DNA of 64,000 nucleotides from Candidatus Heimdallarchaeum endolithica (GCA_021513715.1 CP084167.1:2368001-2432000); one strand, 5' to 3'. Shown: positions 26,320 to 35,508, counted from the first letter of the stretch. Program-made: numbers and translations. Notes: generated from the letters alone by a model not told the origin.

Positions 26320-27267
26320 ATGCTTTCTATCGTTATTCCCGTATATAATGAGGAAGAATCTCTTCCTTCACTTTACTCTGAGTTACAAGAAGTTCTTTCC
26401 TCACTCAACATCCAATACGAAATCATCTTTATAAACGATGGTTCTACTGATAAAAGCCTATCAGTTTTAAAAGAAATATATTCCAAAGATAGCTCACATA
26501 TTAGAATTATTGACCTCCGCCGAAATTTTGGTCAGACTGCAGCTCTATTGGCTGGATTTCAACATGCTCGCGGCGATTTAGTATTATCTCTTGATGCAGA
26601 TGGTCAGAACGACCCTCACGATATTCCGTTATTACTTAATACTTTGACAGAAGAAATAGATGTTATTTGTGGATGGCGTTATCCTCGTCACGATCCTTTT
26701 TTTCGCAAAATTCTCCCTTCTCGTGTCTCAAACTTTCTTAACCGAAAAATCAATAATTTAGACATTCATGACAGCGGTTGTACTCTTAGACTGTACCGTA
26801 TTGAGGCAGTAAAAAATCTCTCCTTAATGCGTGGAGAACATCGTTATATTCCTGCGATATTAAGTCATCAAGGATTTAACATTTCTGAAGTTAAAGTTAA
26901 TCACCGCCCTCGTGTTAAAGGTAAAAGTAAATATGGTTTCAACCGTCTTTTTTCTGGTTTTTTCGATTTATTTATGATTAAGCTCTTATCTAACTATAAC
27001 CAAAAACCTATTCGATTATTCGCTAAAATAGGCTTTTTATTCTTAATTACAGCTTTTTCTTTAGGAACCTATCTTTTAATAGTAAAATACGCTTTGGGGC
27101 AAGATATAGGTGATCGTCCTTTACTTTTACTAACTTTACTTCTTGGTTTGTCTGGTTTCCAATTCTTGCTTTCAGGCTTTATGACAGAACTAATTGTTAG
27201 ACATACCAGTTATGTAAATAATCCAAGTACAGATATTACCTACCATATCAAAAAGATATATGAATAA
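26320..27267 (+). CDS. GT2 glycosyltransferase (ArnC/Dpm1-like polyprenol-phosphate sugar transferase) with two C-terminal TM helices
   Basis: SIVIPVYNE, NDGSTD, RNFGQTAA, DADGQNDP, DSGC, HRYIP, R..GKSKY motifs. Confidence 0.9.
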   Translation: MLSIVIPVYNEEESLPSLYSELQEVLSSLNIQYEIIFINDGSTDKSLSVLKEIYSKDSSHIRIIDLRRNFGQTAALLAGFQHARGDLVLSLDADGQNDPHDIPLLLNTLTEEIDVICGWRYPRHDPFFRKILPSRVSNFLNRKINNLDIHDSGCTLRLYRIEAVKNLSLMRGEHRYIPAILSHQGFNISEVKVNHRPRVKGKSKYGFNRLFSGFFDLFMIKLLSNYNQKPIRLFAKIGFLFLITAFSLGTYLLIVKYALGQDIGDRPLLLLTLLLGLSGFQFLLSGFMTELIVRHTSYVNNPSTDITYHIKKIYE

Positions 27268-27425
27268 TTCTTTCTTTCATTTTGTTTTATTGAAGTTTGT
27301 TTATTATTTACAAAGTTTTAAGTTTGATGTCTTTTGCAAGACCTCTTCTATAGTCTGTAAAGATTTATTAGAAATAATGATTCAAGGTAGAAAAAGAGTT
27401 TTTTGCTCTCTGTTTGCTTAGTAAT

Positions 27426-28088
27426 TTATATGGCTTTGAAATAGTATTTCTTGGGTTCATATATGTCTCCGCTTTTAATTAGGCTTTGTATAGCTTTTTC
27501 TACTTTCTCTCCTTCTTCACCTATTTTGTCTAATATCTCTTTCATACTTAATGCATTTTCTGTTTCTTGTAAAAGTATTAGTACTTCTGCAGTAATTTTG
27601 TTTAATGATTCTTGTTCTTCACTTTCTTCAAAAGTTTGTTTTTCTTCTTTTATTTTTATTCCTTTTTTTGTATATCTCTTTGCTCTGACTAATCTTAGGT
27701 ATATTTCTTTGTCTATGCTTTCAATTTTCATGGGTCTCTCTGGTAATACGAAAATTTCCTCTTCGTTTCCTCTTGGTTTCCCAATTACGTCTATTTGTTC
27801 ACCTTTGTCAAACCTATTAAGTTCAGCTGCACTAAGTTCCCAAGCTTTGACTGCAATTACCCCTGTTCCATCGTCTACTGATAACATAGTATAATCTTTC
27901 TTTCCTTCAATTCCTTCAGAATGATATTTGTCTACGATTGTTCCAACTATTCTTACCCTTTCAATCAACTCTCCATTTTTTGTAAGAATGGCCATTTGAA
28001 AAGGATTTTCAGGGTCTGTTCTGAGTGTACCATTAATCAAATCATAAATATAAACAATTATAGCAGGAGGTGATACGAATTGACTCAT
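27426..28088 (-). CDS. OB-fold ssDNA-binding protein, RPA32/RPA2-like, with C-terminal winged helix
   Basis: RVRIVGTIV...VDDGTGVI.VKAW OB-fold pattern, acidic linker, C-terminal AIQSLIKSGDIYEPK winged helix. Confidence 0.8.
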   Translation of the reverse strand: MSQFVSPPAIIVYIYDLINGTLRTDPENPFQMAILTKNGELIERVRIVGTIVDKYHSEGIEGKKDYTMLSVDDGTGVIAVKAWELSAAELNRFDKGEQIDVIGKPRGNEEEIFVLPERPMKIESIDKEIYLRLVRAKRYTKKGIKIKEEKQTFEESEEQESLNKITAEVLILLQETENALSMKEILDKIGEEGEKVEKAIQSLIKSGDIYEPKKYYFKAI

Positions 28089-28278
28089 AGTTTAACCTAT
28101 TGATATAGATTAAAAATGTTTACTACTTTTACTTTTTTGCCCTTACCTCTTTAAGCAAAAAACTAACTGGCTTTTTTGGCTATTTATCTGTTTTCTCTTC
28201 TTATCTTTTATTTTAGTATAGCTGATAAAAAATTTAAGAGGTTATCGAACTTTCAATAAAAAGTTTTTTTATTCTCTT

Positions 28279-28388
28279 TAGTACTTCCGAATTATCTCAA
28301 AAAGTATAAATTGAGAACACCCCAATGATAGTATGAACGCCTATAATTTTAACCTATAGAAATCGGTCAACTTATTGCGGAAGTACTA
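28279..28388. mobile_element. 110-bp MITE-like element with 11-bp TIRs and 6-bp target-site duplication
   Basis: TAGTACTTCCG (28279-28289) and CGGAAGTACTA (28378-28388) are perfect inverted repeats flanked on both sides by TCTCTT (28273-28278, 28389-28394); no coding capacity. Confidence 0.7.
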
Positions 28389-28436
28389 TCTCTTTAAGGA
28401 AATGTTAAAGTTCACCTCAAATCTTGGTACACAAAG

Positions 28437-28643
28437 ATGAAAAAGCAAAACCTTTTTTTATTAATGTCAATTTTATTTACTCTCATCTTTTCCATTGTAA
28501 TTATAGGGGATCCTACTAATGCACAATTAAACGGACAGAAACAAGAAAAAGATTCTTCTTTTTACTCCTCTACAATTAAACATGATTTAATTGGACATGC
28601 CCTTCTGTTTTTGTTAAGTTCCAACAATACTAATAATTTCTAG
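28437..28643 (+). CDS. Short signal-peptide-bearing ORF, possibly a truncated secreted-protein remnant
   Basis: MKKQNLFLLMSILFTLIFSIVIIG signal-like N-terminus; only 68 aa; overlaps the convergent gene end. Confidence 0.35.
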   Translation: MKKQNLFLLMSILFTLIFSIVIIGDPTNAQLNGQKQEKDSSFYSSTIKHDLIGHALLFLLSSNNTNNF

Positions 28644-29367
28644 TAAGTTTTGTTTCGAGAACAATGGTAGGTTTATAAATAGAATCATAGAAGAACTTTA
28701 TTCCAATAAAAAGCAAGAAAACGACTTCTAAATAAGCATAAATAATTAGCATAGTTACTCCTAAGTCCAACGAATTAGGCTGGTTTTCCCTAAGTCCAAG
28801 AGAAATGAGCGTGAAACCTAGACAGTAAAATATGGCATAAGTTATTGCATAAAGAAAAAGGAGAAATGTACCATATTTTTTTACTGGTAAAGCTAGAATG
28901 CGGTATGACTTAAACAGAACTTTGATTCGAATAAAACTAAAAATTGAGAAGAGAAATAAAAGCAGTAAAGGATGAAATGTTATCATCTTTAATTCTACTG
29001 TGTGTTGTAGAATGTTGGTGAAAACAAATAAGATTAAAAGAAGGGGAAAAACTTTTCCATCTTTAATTTCTTCTGAAAATGCAGACCCAACTCGATTAAC
29101 AGGAAAATAAAGAAATAAAAAACCTATAGTATAGCTAATATTGCTGATAATTACCAAAGGAAGAGAAATTTCAGCATCAAATAAATTATATTTCCCAAAT
29201 AAGATATACATTAATATCCTCTCATCATAAGCAGTTAAAAAATCAGCAGTATCAAAGCGAATAAGCCGTATAATGAAAATAATAGCTGTTAAAAAGAGCA
29301 TTATTCCAATAATAAAATTAAAAGAAGAGATATTATTTTTTTGGTGATTTTGTTCTTCATTTAACAT
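28630..29367 (-). CDS. Hypothetical polytopic membrane protein (~6 TM)
   Basis: 245-aa ORF with about six hydrophobic segments; no recognised motif. Confidence 0.7.
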   Translation of the reverse strand: MLNEEQNHQKNNISSFNFIIGIMLFLTAIIFIIRLIRFDTADFLTAYDERILMYILFGKYNLFDAEISLPLVIISNISYTIGFLFLYFPVNRVGSAFSEEIKDGKVFPLLLILFVFTNILQHTVELKMITFHPLLLLFLFSIFSFIRIKVLFKSYRILALPVKKYGTFLLFLYAITYAIFYCLGFTLISLGLRENQPNSLDLGVTMLIIYAYLEVVFLLFIGIKFFYDSIYKPTIVLETKLTRNY

Positions 29368-29772
29368 AAAAACAACAAAACATTATATATTTTAAAAATG
29401 TGTAATATCAAAATTAAAATGGTTAAAAAGTGATTTATAAGCATTAAAAATAAATTCTTAACTAGATCAAATAAAAATTGTAAAGATTATTTAATTATTT
29501 ACTCATATGAGTGTAGAAATGACATATTGTTATTAGTAACTACCTACTACATTATCGTGCTGAAATAAATCAAATATAGACATTGGTTTTTCCTATTATA
29601 AAGCAGAGAAATTCAGTTGTCACATTTTAACATTAAAACAATAAAAACGAATGTGTTTTGTGTATCTTACCAAGAGCATTATTTGAAATAAATATATTTT
29701 CCTTAAGTCCTCATTCATTTATTCATTTCAAAATTGACTTCTCTTGCTAATTATTTGTTCAGAAAATAGTTT

Positions 29773-29893
29773 TGGAGCCTCAGGCGTGATTTGAACACGC
29801 GACACCCGGATTGCTGCACAAGTGCTGAAACAGTTTAGTTTTTCAGCGTTTTTGGTTCTTCAGTCCGGCGCTCTCCCGCTGAGCTACTGAGGC
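29773..29893 (-). tRNA. trnF: tRNA-Phe(GAA) with 46-nt 37/38 intron (29812-29857), encoded CCA
   Basis: Reverse complement: GCCTCAG/CTGAGGC acceptor, GCTC/GAGC D-stem, CCGGA/TCCGG anticodon stem with CT-GAA-G, GCGTG-TTCAAAT-CACGC T-arm, U73, CCA. The intron has an internal GCTGAAA/TTTCAGC hairpin. Confidence 0.93.
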
Positions 29894-30079
29894 ACTTGGT
29901 TTGTTTTAGGGCTTAAAACACTGTTGTACTTGAAGTCTTTTTTACTCGTGTTTTGTCCCGTTTTTTACAAATGTTTCCCTTTTAAAAATTTTTCTAATTA
30001 CTAGTGCTTCTGAATTATCGTGACAACTATTAATTTAATGGACCAGGTGACAAATTTTTCCTATATCTATTTTTTTGAG

Positions 30080-31008
30080 CTAATTAATGTAATCGTTTAA
30101 CTTACTGTTCTTGTTTAACCAGTATTTTTTTCCAAACAATTTCTTTATTTTTGGGATTTTTTTATTTGGTGCAAAGATTTCATCTATATATTCACACATT
30201 CTACATTTTTCTTCACAAAAAGCTCTTTCTTTAATTACACAAGGTAATTGTTCTTCGATTTTTACTTTCACAACAAAAGATATAACCTTACTAATCCTCT
30301 TTAGTTCTATGTTATCCTCAGTAAAATCTAATATTACTCGTTTCTTTTCATTATTGTTGTTTAGGTACCACAGTTCAGGAACGATTTCGATGTTAGGTTT
30401 CTTTTTTCTAAGGATTTCAGAGTAGGTTAGAACTTGCTTTTTGTCTCTGAACGATTTTTCTCTTGTTTTTAGTTCTATCACTCTTATTGCTTTTCGATCT
30501 ACTGTCCAAGCTAAAATGTCTATTCGACCTGTTAAAAGAAATTTCTCTGATAATTCATACTCAATTTTATATTCAGTTCCGATAACAAGAGAAATTAGTC
30601 TTCCGTTATTAGTTTCTTCAACTAAAGTAGAACAAAACATAGCTAAAGAGCGTAAATTAAAATAAAGCTCATCGTCAAACTTTACTTCTTTTTCTCTCTC
30701 AATTATACAATCAAAGTCCTTCTCTCCATCAGGAAAGAAAAATCTTTCCTACACTCATTTAGAGCAGAAAAAAAAGATTCTTGGACGGATAATTTTTCTT
30801 GTATATAAAAATGTTCTACTAAGTCGAAATTATTTGATAAAACAGATTGTAGAAGTAGATGGTAAAAAGTTCCTAATTCCATAGACCGTGTAGAAGCATA
30901 CTCTCTTAATTTATTCATTTTAAGTAGAAGAGCGATATAAGGTCTAATTGTACAAAAATCATCATCAAGAACATCAGTAACGCTAATACGAATAGGTTTA
31001 GAGATCAT
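30080..31008 (-). pseudogene. Cas4-like PD-(D/E)XK Fe-S nuclease split by a single-base frameshift near 30738-30742 (or homopolymer sequencing error)
   Basis: N-half from ATG 31008: ISVTDV...FC..RPY...MELGTFYH. C-half: GRIDI...IELKT...KQVLTY...PC.....FCEEKCRMC. The downstream frame is open from ~30748, and one extra T in the T5 run joins them (...KDFFFPDGEKDF...) into ~310 aa. Confidence 0.75.
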
Positions 31009-31223
31009 GTTACTCACACTAATTATTAATTTTTGAATTAATTTATAAAAAAGGAAAAAGAGAATTATTAAAAAAGAATATAAAAAAATCCTATGAAAAC
31101 AAGTATTCCAAACAGTGAAAACATAAAAAGGAAATAAAGAGAATAGGAAGGGATTATTTGAATTAATTATAATAATAGTTGTAAAAAGCATGTATTGAGT
31201 GTACATAAAGTAAAGATAGGAGA

Positions 31224-31523
31224 TTAAGTGATTTCTTTCAATTTTTTTAATATCTCAACAACTTTCTTTCCTCTAGTAGTAAGCGAAAAAAACCTGCGGT
31301 TGTAAGGGGGTTCTTTTTTTTCATTAATCAGTTCCTGATCTAAAAGTTTGCGAACAGCGGTATAAATAGCTGTTTGCCCAATTTTTACAGTATCCTTAAT
31401 AATACTTGATAAATTAGCGTTCTTCTTTTCATCTAAATAAATGAGAATATGTATCGCTCCTTTTTGTTCTAGGGTTGCTATCAATTCTTTGAAAGAATAG
31501 TTCTCAGTGTCATTCATACGCAT
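31224..31523 (-). CDS. Winged helix-turn-helix transcriptional regulator (HxlR/MarR/ArsR-like)
   Basis: AIHILIYL...NLSSII...QTAIYTAVRKLLDQELI.......RRFFSLTTRGKKV pattern. Confidence 0.85.
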   Translation of the reverse strand: MRMNDTENYSFKELIATLEQKGAIHILIYLDEKKNANLSSIIKDTVKIGQTAIYTAVRKLLDQELINEKKEPPYNRRFFSLTTRGKKVVEILKKLKEIT

Positions 31524-31687
31524 TTAACACCGTTAGAATATATAAAACATGTCTTCGTCTTAACAATTAACGTAATTATAAAAACAAAAGTTTAAATAAT
31601 ATATTGTAGATAAACTAAATGAGTATTTATTCTTCAGTAATAGATATTCAGAGCGACGGAAGTGATAAAACATGAAAGGAGAAAAAA
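31524..31687. promoter_or_regulatory. Divergent promoter region between the wHTH/Cas4-like genes and the ParA operon
   Basis: 164-bp AT-rich gap between divergent starts, with TATA-like TTATAAAA and TTTAAATA on + and TTTATATA on -. Confidence 0.5.
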
Positions 31688-31963
31688 ATGCGAAAAAAAG
31701 AAAAAGGAAAAAAAACTTTTATTCATTATTTAGTCGCTCCAGACAATAAAAGGGAAGAAGAACAGTTTGCTTACAAAACTCTTAAACATTCTATAAAGGA
31801 CAGAATCTTATTTAATCCTTCGAGTACTTTTACTTTTCACTTCTATGATAGAGTCCAAGATTTTTTGCTTTCTTTAAAAACCATTTCACAGATTATTTTT
31901 TTAGAAATTTATATTTTTTTTAATCTTCCTTCATTTCACATATATGGAGGGAATAAGAAATGA
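31688..31963 (+). CDS. Small hypothetical protein, first gene of ParA operon
   Basis: Preceded by SD-like AAAGGAG; its stop overlaps the next ATG (ATGA at 31960-31963). Confidence 0.45.
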   Translation: MRKKEKGKKTFIHYLVAPDNKREEEQFAYKTLKHSIKDRILFNPSSTFTFHFYDRVQDFLLSLKTISQIIFLEIYIFFNLPSFHIYGGNKK

Positions 31964-33096
31964 CAATAACTGAGAATGAAACAATACAGCAGGAATCACC
32001 TATAGAATTCACTACAACTGTATTAACAAGATTCAAAATTCGTTTTCCACAAGAGAATTGCGATATTAAAGGAGGAGAGGAGTATCATATTTACTTGGAA
32101 AATTTGAGTAACGATACAGTAGGCAAACAAGGAGTTGATTTACCTATCACTCAAACAAAGGGTGGGAAACTAGAATTCACTTTATCTCATCGATTGAGGA
32201 AGTTGTTCAGTGTTGGAGACAAAGTAAAAGTTAAAGTTGTTAGCGCTACTGAAGAATTTTATTCTCCAGATAATTTTTTAGGAGAAAAACCAAACGAGCT
32301 AACAGACTTTTTAGGAAAAAAATTGTCAGTTGTTTTTCTTTATAGAATAGGAGAAAATAGAGGTTTAATTGCTAGCGAATGCGAAAAAGAAGAAAAAATG
32401 AAGGAACTAGAAAGCATAGAAGAGACATATGCTTTACTTACTCCAGAAAAGACAAGAAAAGGAAATAATGGGAGAATAAAAATACAAACGGAAATGTATG
32501 ATGATCATGCCGTTACTCGTTTTTTCATAAAAATGAAAAAATATAATTTGTTTAAGCAGAAGGAAGGTTTCTATCCTGTGGATTATTATTTATTAATTAA
32601 GAACCAAGAACCAATTACTGTATACGTTTGTCTAATGGTTATTACCACGCATGGGGTGTATAAATTCCTATTAGCATCAAAAATAGTCAAAGAGTTTGAG
32701 CGATTTCTTACTTCAAAATTGAATATTTATACTATTAGAGATAAATTATACGAATTAGAAAAAAAAGTAGAAAAAATAGTTTATGACTCTTTCAATTCTA
32801 AGTTAAGAAAAGAAGAGGAAGAGATAGGCAACTACTTTTCGACTAGTACTATGCTTGAGATAATGGATCATTCTTCTTCCTATGTGCTCAAAGCAATTCT
32901 TGCTCTGAACACTAATAATATAATTTCTAGAGATGGGATAGAAGAATATGTGGAAAAGGAATATAATATCAGTGATAAGGAATACATCACGTATTCTCTA
33001 TTGTATTTATTGGAAAAGGGGATAATACGAAGGATTACTGCAGCCAATGGCAAAACTTGTTTTTCATTGGTGAAAATAGATGACAAGAAAAAGTAA
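31960..33096 (+). CDS. Putative DNA-binding protein: N-terminal tandem AbrB/SpoVT-like hairpins and C-terminal winged helix
   Basis: KIRFPQENCDIKGGEEYHIYL and EFTLSHRLRKLFSVGDKVKVKV resemble AbrB repeats; C-terminal ISRDGIEEYV...SLLYLLEKGIIRR wHTH; overlaps the ParA start. Confidence 0.6.
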   Translation: MTITENETIQQESPIEFTTTVLTRFKIRFPQENCDIKGGEEYHIYLENLSNDTVGKQGVDLPITQTKGGKLEFTLSHRLRKLFSVGDKVKVKVVSATEEFYSPDNFLGEKPNELTDFLGKKLSVVFLYRIGENRGLIASECEKEEKMKELESIEETYALLTPEKTRKGNNGRIKIQTEMYDDHAVTRFFIKMKKYNLFKQKEGFYPVDYYLLIKNQEPITVYVCLMVITTHGVYKFLLASKIVKEFERFLTSKLNIYTIRDKLYELEKKVEKIVYDSFNSKLRKEEEEIGNYFSTSTMLEIMDHSSSYVLKAILALNTNNIISRDGIEEYVEKEYNISDKEYITYSLLYLLEKGIIRRITAANGKTCFSLVKIDDKKK

Positions 33097-33895
33097 ATTA
33101 CTAACTCTCTTCTCATTTGAAGGGGGAACAGGAAAAACCATGCTCGCGTTAAACATGGGAAAAATGTTTGTGCGAGAAAAAAAGAAAACACTAGTTGTTG
33201 AATTGGATATATTTAATCCTAGCTATCACTATCTTCTGAATAAAAAAGTGGAGAAGGAGAAATATTTAACCCATTGGTTATTAAAAAGGAATATTTCAGA
33301 CTCTTCAAAACGTAAAAATTTCGATGACTGTATATTAGAGCATGAAACAGGAATAGATTTTGCTATTGTAGAACCTGTTTTGACTCTCAATGAAATCAAT
33401 AATAGATATACTACACTCACTGCAGACACATTCCTAGATTTTTTGATGGGCTTGATAGTAGAAATGAAAATAAAATACGACTTTATAATCATAGATTGTC
33501 CTAGTACTTTGAATATATTCAGCGTAAATGCAATATTTGTAGCTGATAAACCAATATTAGTCGCAAGTCCCAACTTGTTCTTGCTAAAAGCGAATGCGGA
33601 AAGGATAGCCCATTTCCCAGAGTATGTTAAAATCAAACCTTTGGACATCATCGTAAATAATTTCAAAAACACATCCACACCAAATGAAATGAAACAAAAA
33701 ATAATGGATATATTGAATCTATCTTTCGATAATCAAATAATCATATTAGAACATTCTACTACTTATTTTAACGATGTGGTAACAGAAAAAAAACTGTTTT
33801 TAGATCCAGAACGAGACTATGTATTATATAATTGCATTTTCAACTATGTACGCTCTTATACAAGAGAACAAAAAGACCCCCCAATTCAATTATAA
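33080..33895 (+). CDS. parA: ParA/MinD-family ATPase
   Basis: Deviant Walker A FEGGTGKT..A.N, VVELD (Walker A'), YDFIIIDCP (Walker B), ADKPILV, IIVNN. Confidence 0.88.
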   Translation: MTRKSKLLTLFSFEGGTGKTMLALNMGKMFVREKKKTLVVELDIFNPSYHYLLNKKVEKEKYLTHWLLKRNISDSSKRKNFDDCILEHETGIDFAIVEPVLTLNEINNRYTTLTADTFLDFLMGLIVEMKIKYDFIIIDCPSTLNIFSVNAIFVADKPILVASPNLFLLKANAERIAHFPEYVKIKPLDIIVNNFKNTSTPNEMKQKIMDILNLSFDNQIIILEHSTTYFNDVVTEKKLFLDPERDYVLYNCIFNYVRSYTREQKDPPIQL

Positions 33896-33965
33896 TTAAA
33901 TTATTTTTTACTAATCTATTATTTATTAAATTATTAAGAAAAACATTATTCTGTTTTGACTTAGT

Positions 33966-34024
33966 TTTTTTGTCTATACGTTCTATCGACACATGGATTT
34001 TTTGTCTATACGTTTTATCGACAC
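33966..34024. repeat. Two 27-bp direct repeats (period 32), each an imperfect palindrome TGTCTATA-N5-TATCGACA; candidate centromere/operator
   Basis: TTTTTTGTCTATACGTTCTATCGACAC (33966-33992) and TTTTTTGTCTATACGTTTTATCGACAC (33998-34024), one mismatch, 70 bp after the parA stop. Confidence 0.8.
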
Positions 34025-34055
34025 TTGTCTGATCAAAGCTAATGAAAAGTTATTA

Positions 34056-35000
34056 TTATTTATTCGAATCAAAGAAATATGTTAGGATTCTCTCAAACAA
34101 TGCTAGGTATTTCATAGTTGATAAACTAATTTCAACAATAAAGAAAAGCATTTTAAATTCTGTAAGAACTTTTTCCCCTATACTAAGCATGTCCTTTTCC
34201 CACTCTGTTTTTGGTTCAATTTCATCAACAGTTTTTTTTCTCAACTCTAATAAAGTATTTTCAGCCTTTTGAAGTTGTTTTGGAAACTTTTTCTTTAACT
34301 TATTGATTTCTACTAATGGTTTTGCATGAGCTATTTCGTTTCTTAATTTTATGATACCCAAAAAAGCTGTTTTATTGTTTGCTTTGTTTAATTTGCGGTA
34401 TGCATCACTAATTATTTTCGGTAATCTTTCATCTAGTACCTTCATTAATCTGTTTGGTCTTTCTTTTATAGAACTTTTGTGGAATTCTTTGCTAATATCA
34501 GGTATAATTTCGCGTTGAGCTTTTTTACACATGTAGTCATAACTTTCACCAAGAAAAGTATCAATGTAAGCATATTGTGTTAAAATTAAATAAGCAATAA
34601 GACGTGGAATGAGATTGATATGTTTAAGCGTTTTAGATAGAGTCGAATCTTGTTTTATCTTTTTTTCTTCCTTATTAGCGTTTAATAATGTTAAAAGTTT
34701 TAACATGTCCTCTTTCTGTTCGATTTCCATAGTTTCAGTTATTTTTTCAATATTATTAAGAAAATAATTGTATGCTTGTATTAATACTGGTATAACTTGA
34801 GGACTGTACGCTATTGCTATAAAGCCTAATAAATCCTTACAATTGCTTTCAAACTTTTTTCCAAAGTCTGTATTAAAGAATGAAAATTGCTCATCTTCAA
34901 ATATATTAATAAAATCGATATCTAATTGTTCGATAGTGTTTTCAATAAATTCTGATAGTTCCTTCTTTTCTATCTTTCCCATCATTACGAATATATACAT
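34056..35000 (-). CDS. HEPN-domain protein (putative RNase, defence/toxin)
   Basis: All-helical protein with an R-x4-H motif KLRNEIAH and an upstream AYIDTFL helix. Confidence 0.65.
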   Translation of the reverse strand: MYIFVMMGKIEKKELSEFIENTIEQLDIDFINIFEDEQFSFFNTDFGKKFESNCKDLLGFIAIAYSPQVIPVLIQAYNYFLNNIEKITETMEIEQKEDMLKLLTLLNANKEEKKIKQDSTLSKTLKHINLIPRLIAYLILTQYAYIDTFLGESYDYMCKKAQREIIPDISKEFHKSSIKERPNRLMKVLDERLPKIISDAYRKLNKANNKTAFLGIIKLRNEIAHAKPLVEINKLKKKFPKQLQKAENTLLELRKKTVDEIEPKTEWEKDMLSIGEKVLTEFKMLFFIVEISLSTMKYLALFERILTYFFDSNK

Positions 35001-35092
35001 TGTTAAGATTATATAGTTTGTCAGAAATATATTCTCAAATAAAAAAGAACTCTCTGCCCATTAAAAAGAAATTAATTCTTTACATACTTTAA

Positions 35093-35393
35093 TATGATAG
35101 ACTGAACTTATTTTTAAGGCATTTATACAAGGAAACAGTTGACAGTTATGTTTATGGTTGTTTTACTGATACTATCGCTTTAACAGCTTCGCTAATGGAA
35201 CCTTTTCTTGAAAATGAGATTTAATTTGAATCTCTAAAAAATTACCAACCATTTTACAATAATAAAAACAATAAAGTGAAACCAAGAGCAATCAATTTAT
35301 CTAACTTGGTTGAACTAGCAAATGAAAAAAGTTAATATCGACTAATTTAAAAACAAAACTTGAAATTTTTATACTGTTCGTCTTGTTCATTGA
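35093..35393 (+). pseudogene. Decayed HEPN/DUF4145-like gene remnant
   Basis: Translates LRHLYKETVDSYVYGCFTDTIALTASLMEPFLENEI*...INLSNLVELANEKS*, with an internal stop at 35222-35224, then VRLVH* in another frame. Confidence 0.5.
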
Positions 35394-35508
35394 GTAAATA
35401 ATATGCTTAATATAGTAATAATTTTTTGATATAGGAATTAAGAATAAGATAAACATTGGAAAGAAATCGAAGAGATTTTAAAGGATTAATAATTAAAGAG
35501 GAAGAGAT

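Noticed and set aside
30039-30049. TGGACCAGGTG (reverse complement CACCTGGTCCA) as a possible att remnant of a tRNA 3' end marking the left end of element B
   Set aside because: Too short and does not match any tRNA in the window; testable only against the tRNA beyond the right end of element B.
31009-31206. Hydrophobic N-terminal extension of ORF 30703..31206
   Set aside because: Arises from a T-rich (minus strand) intergenic/terminator tract; the Cas4-like sequence starts at ATG 31008.
33966-34024. Possible mini CRISPR array near a Cas4-like gene
   Set aside because: Only two repeats separated by 5 bp, no spacer-length unique sequence, and no cas1/cas2 or effector genes.
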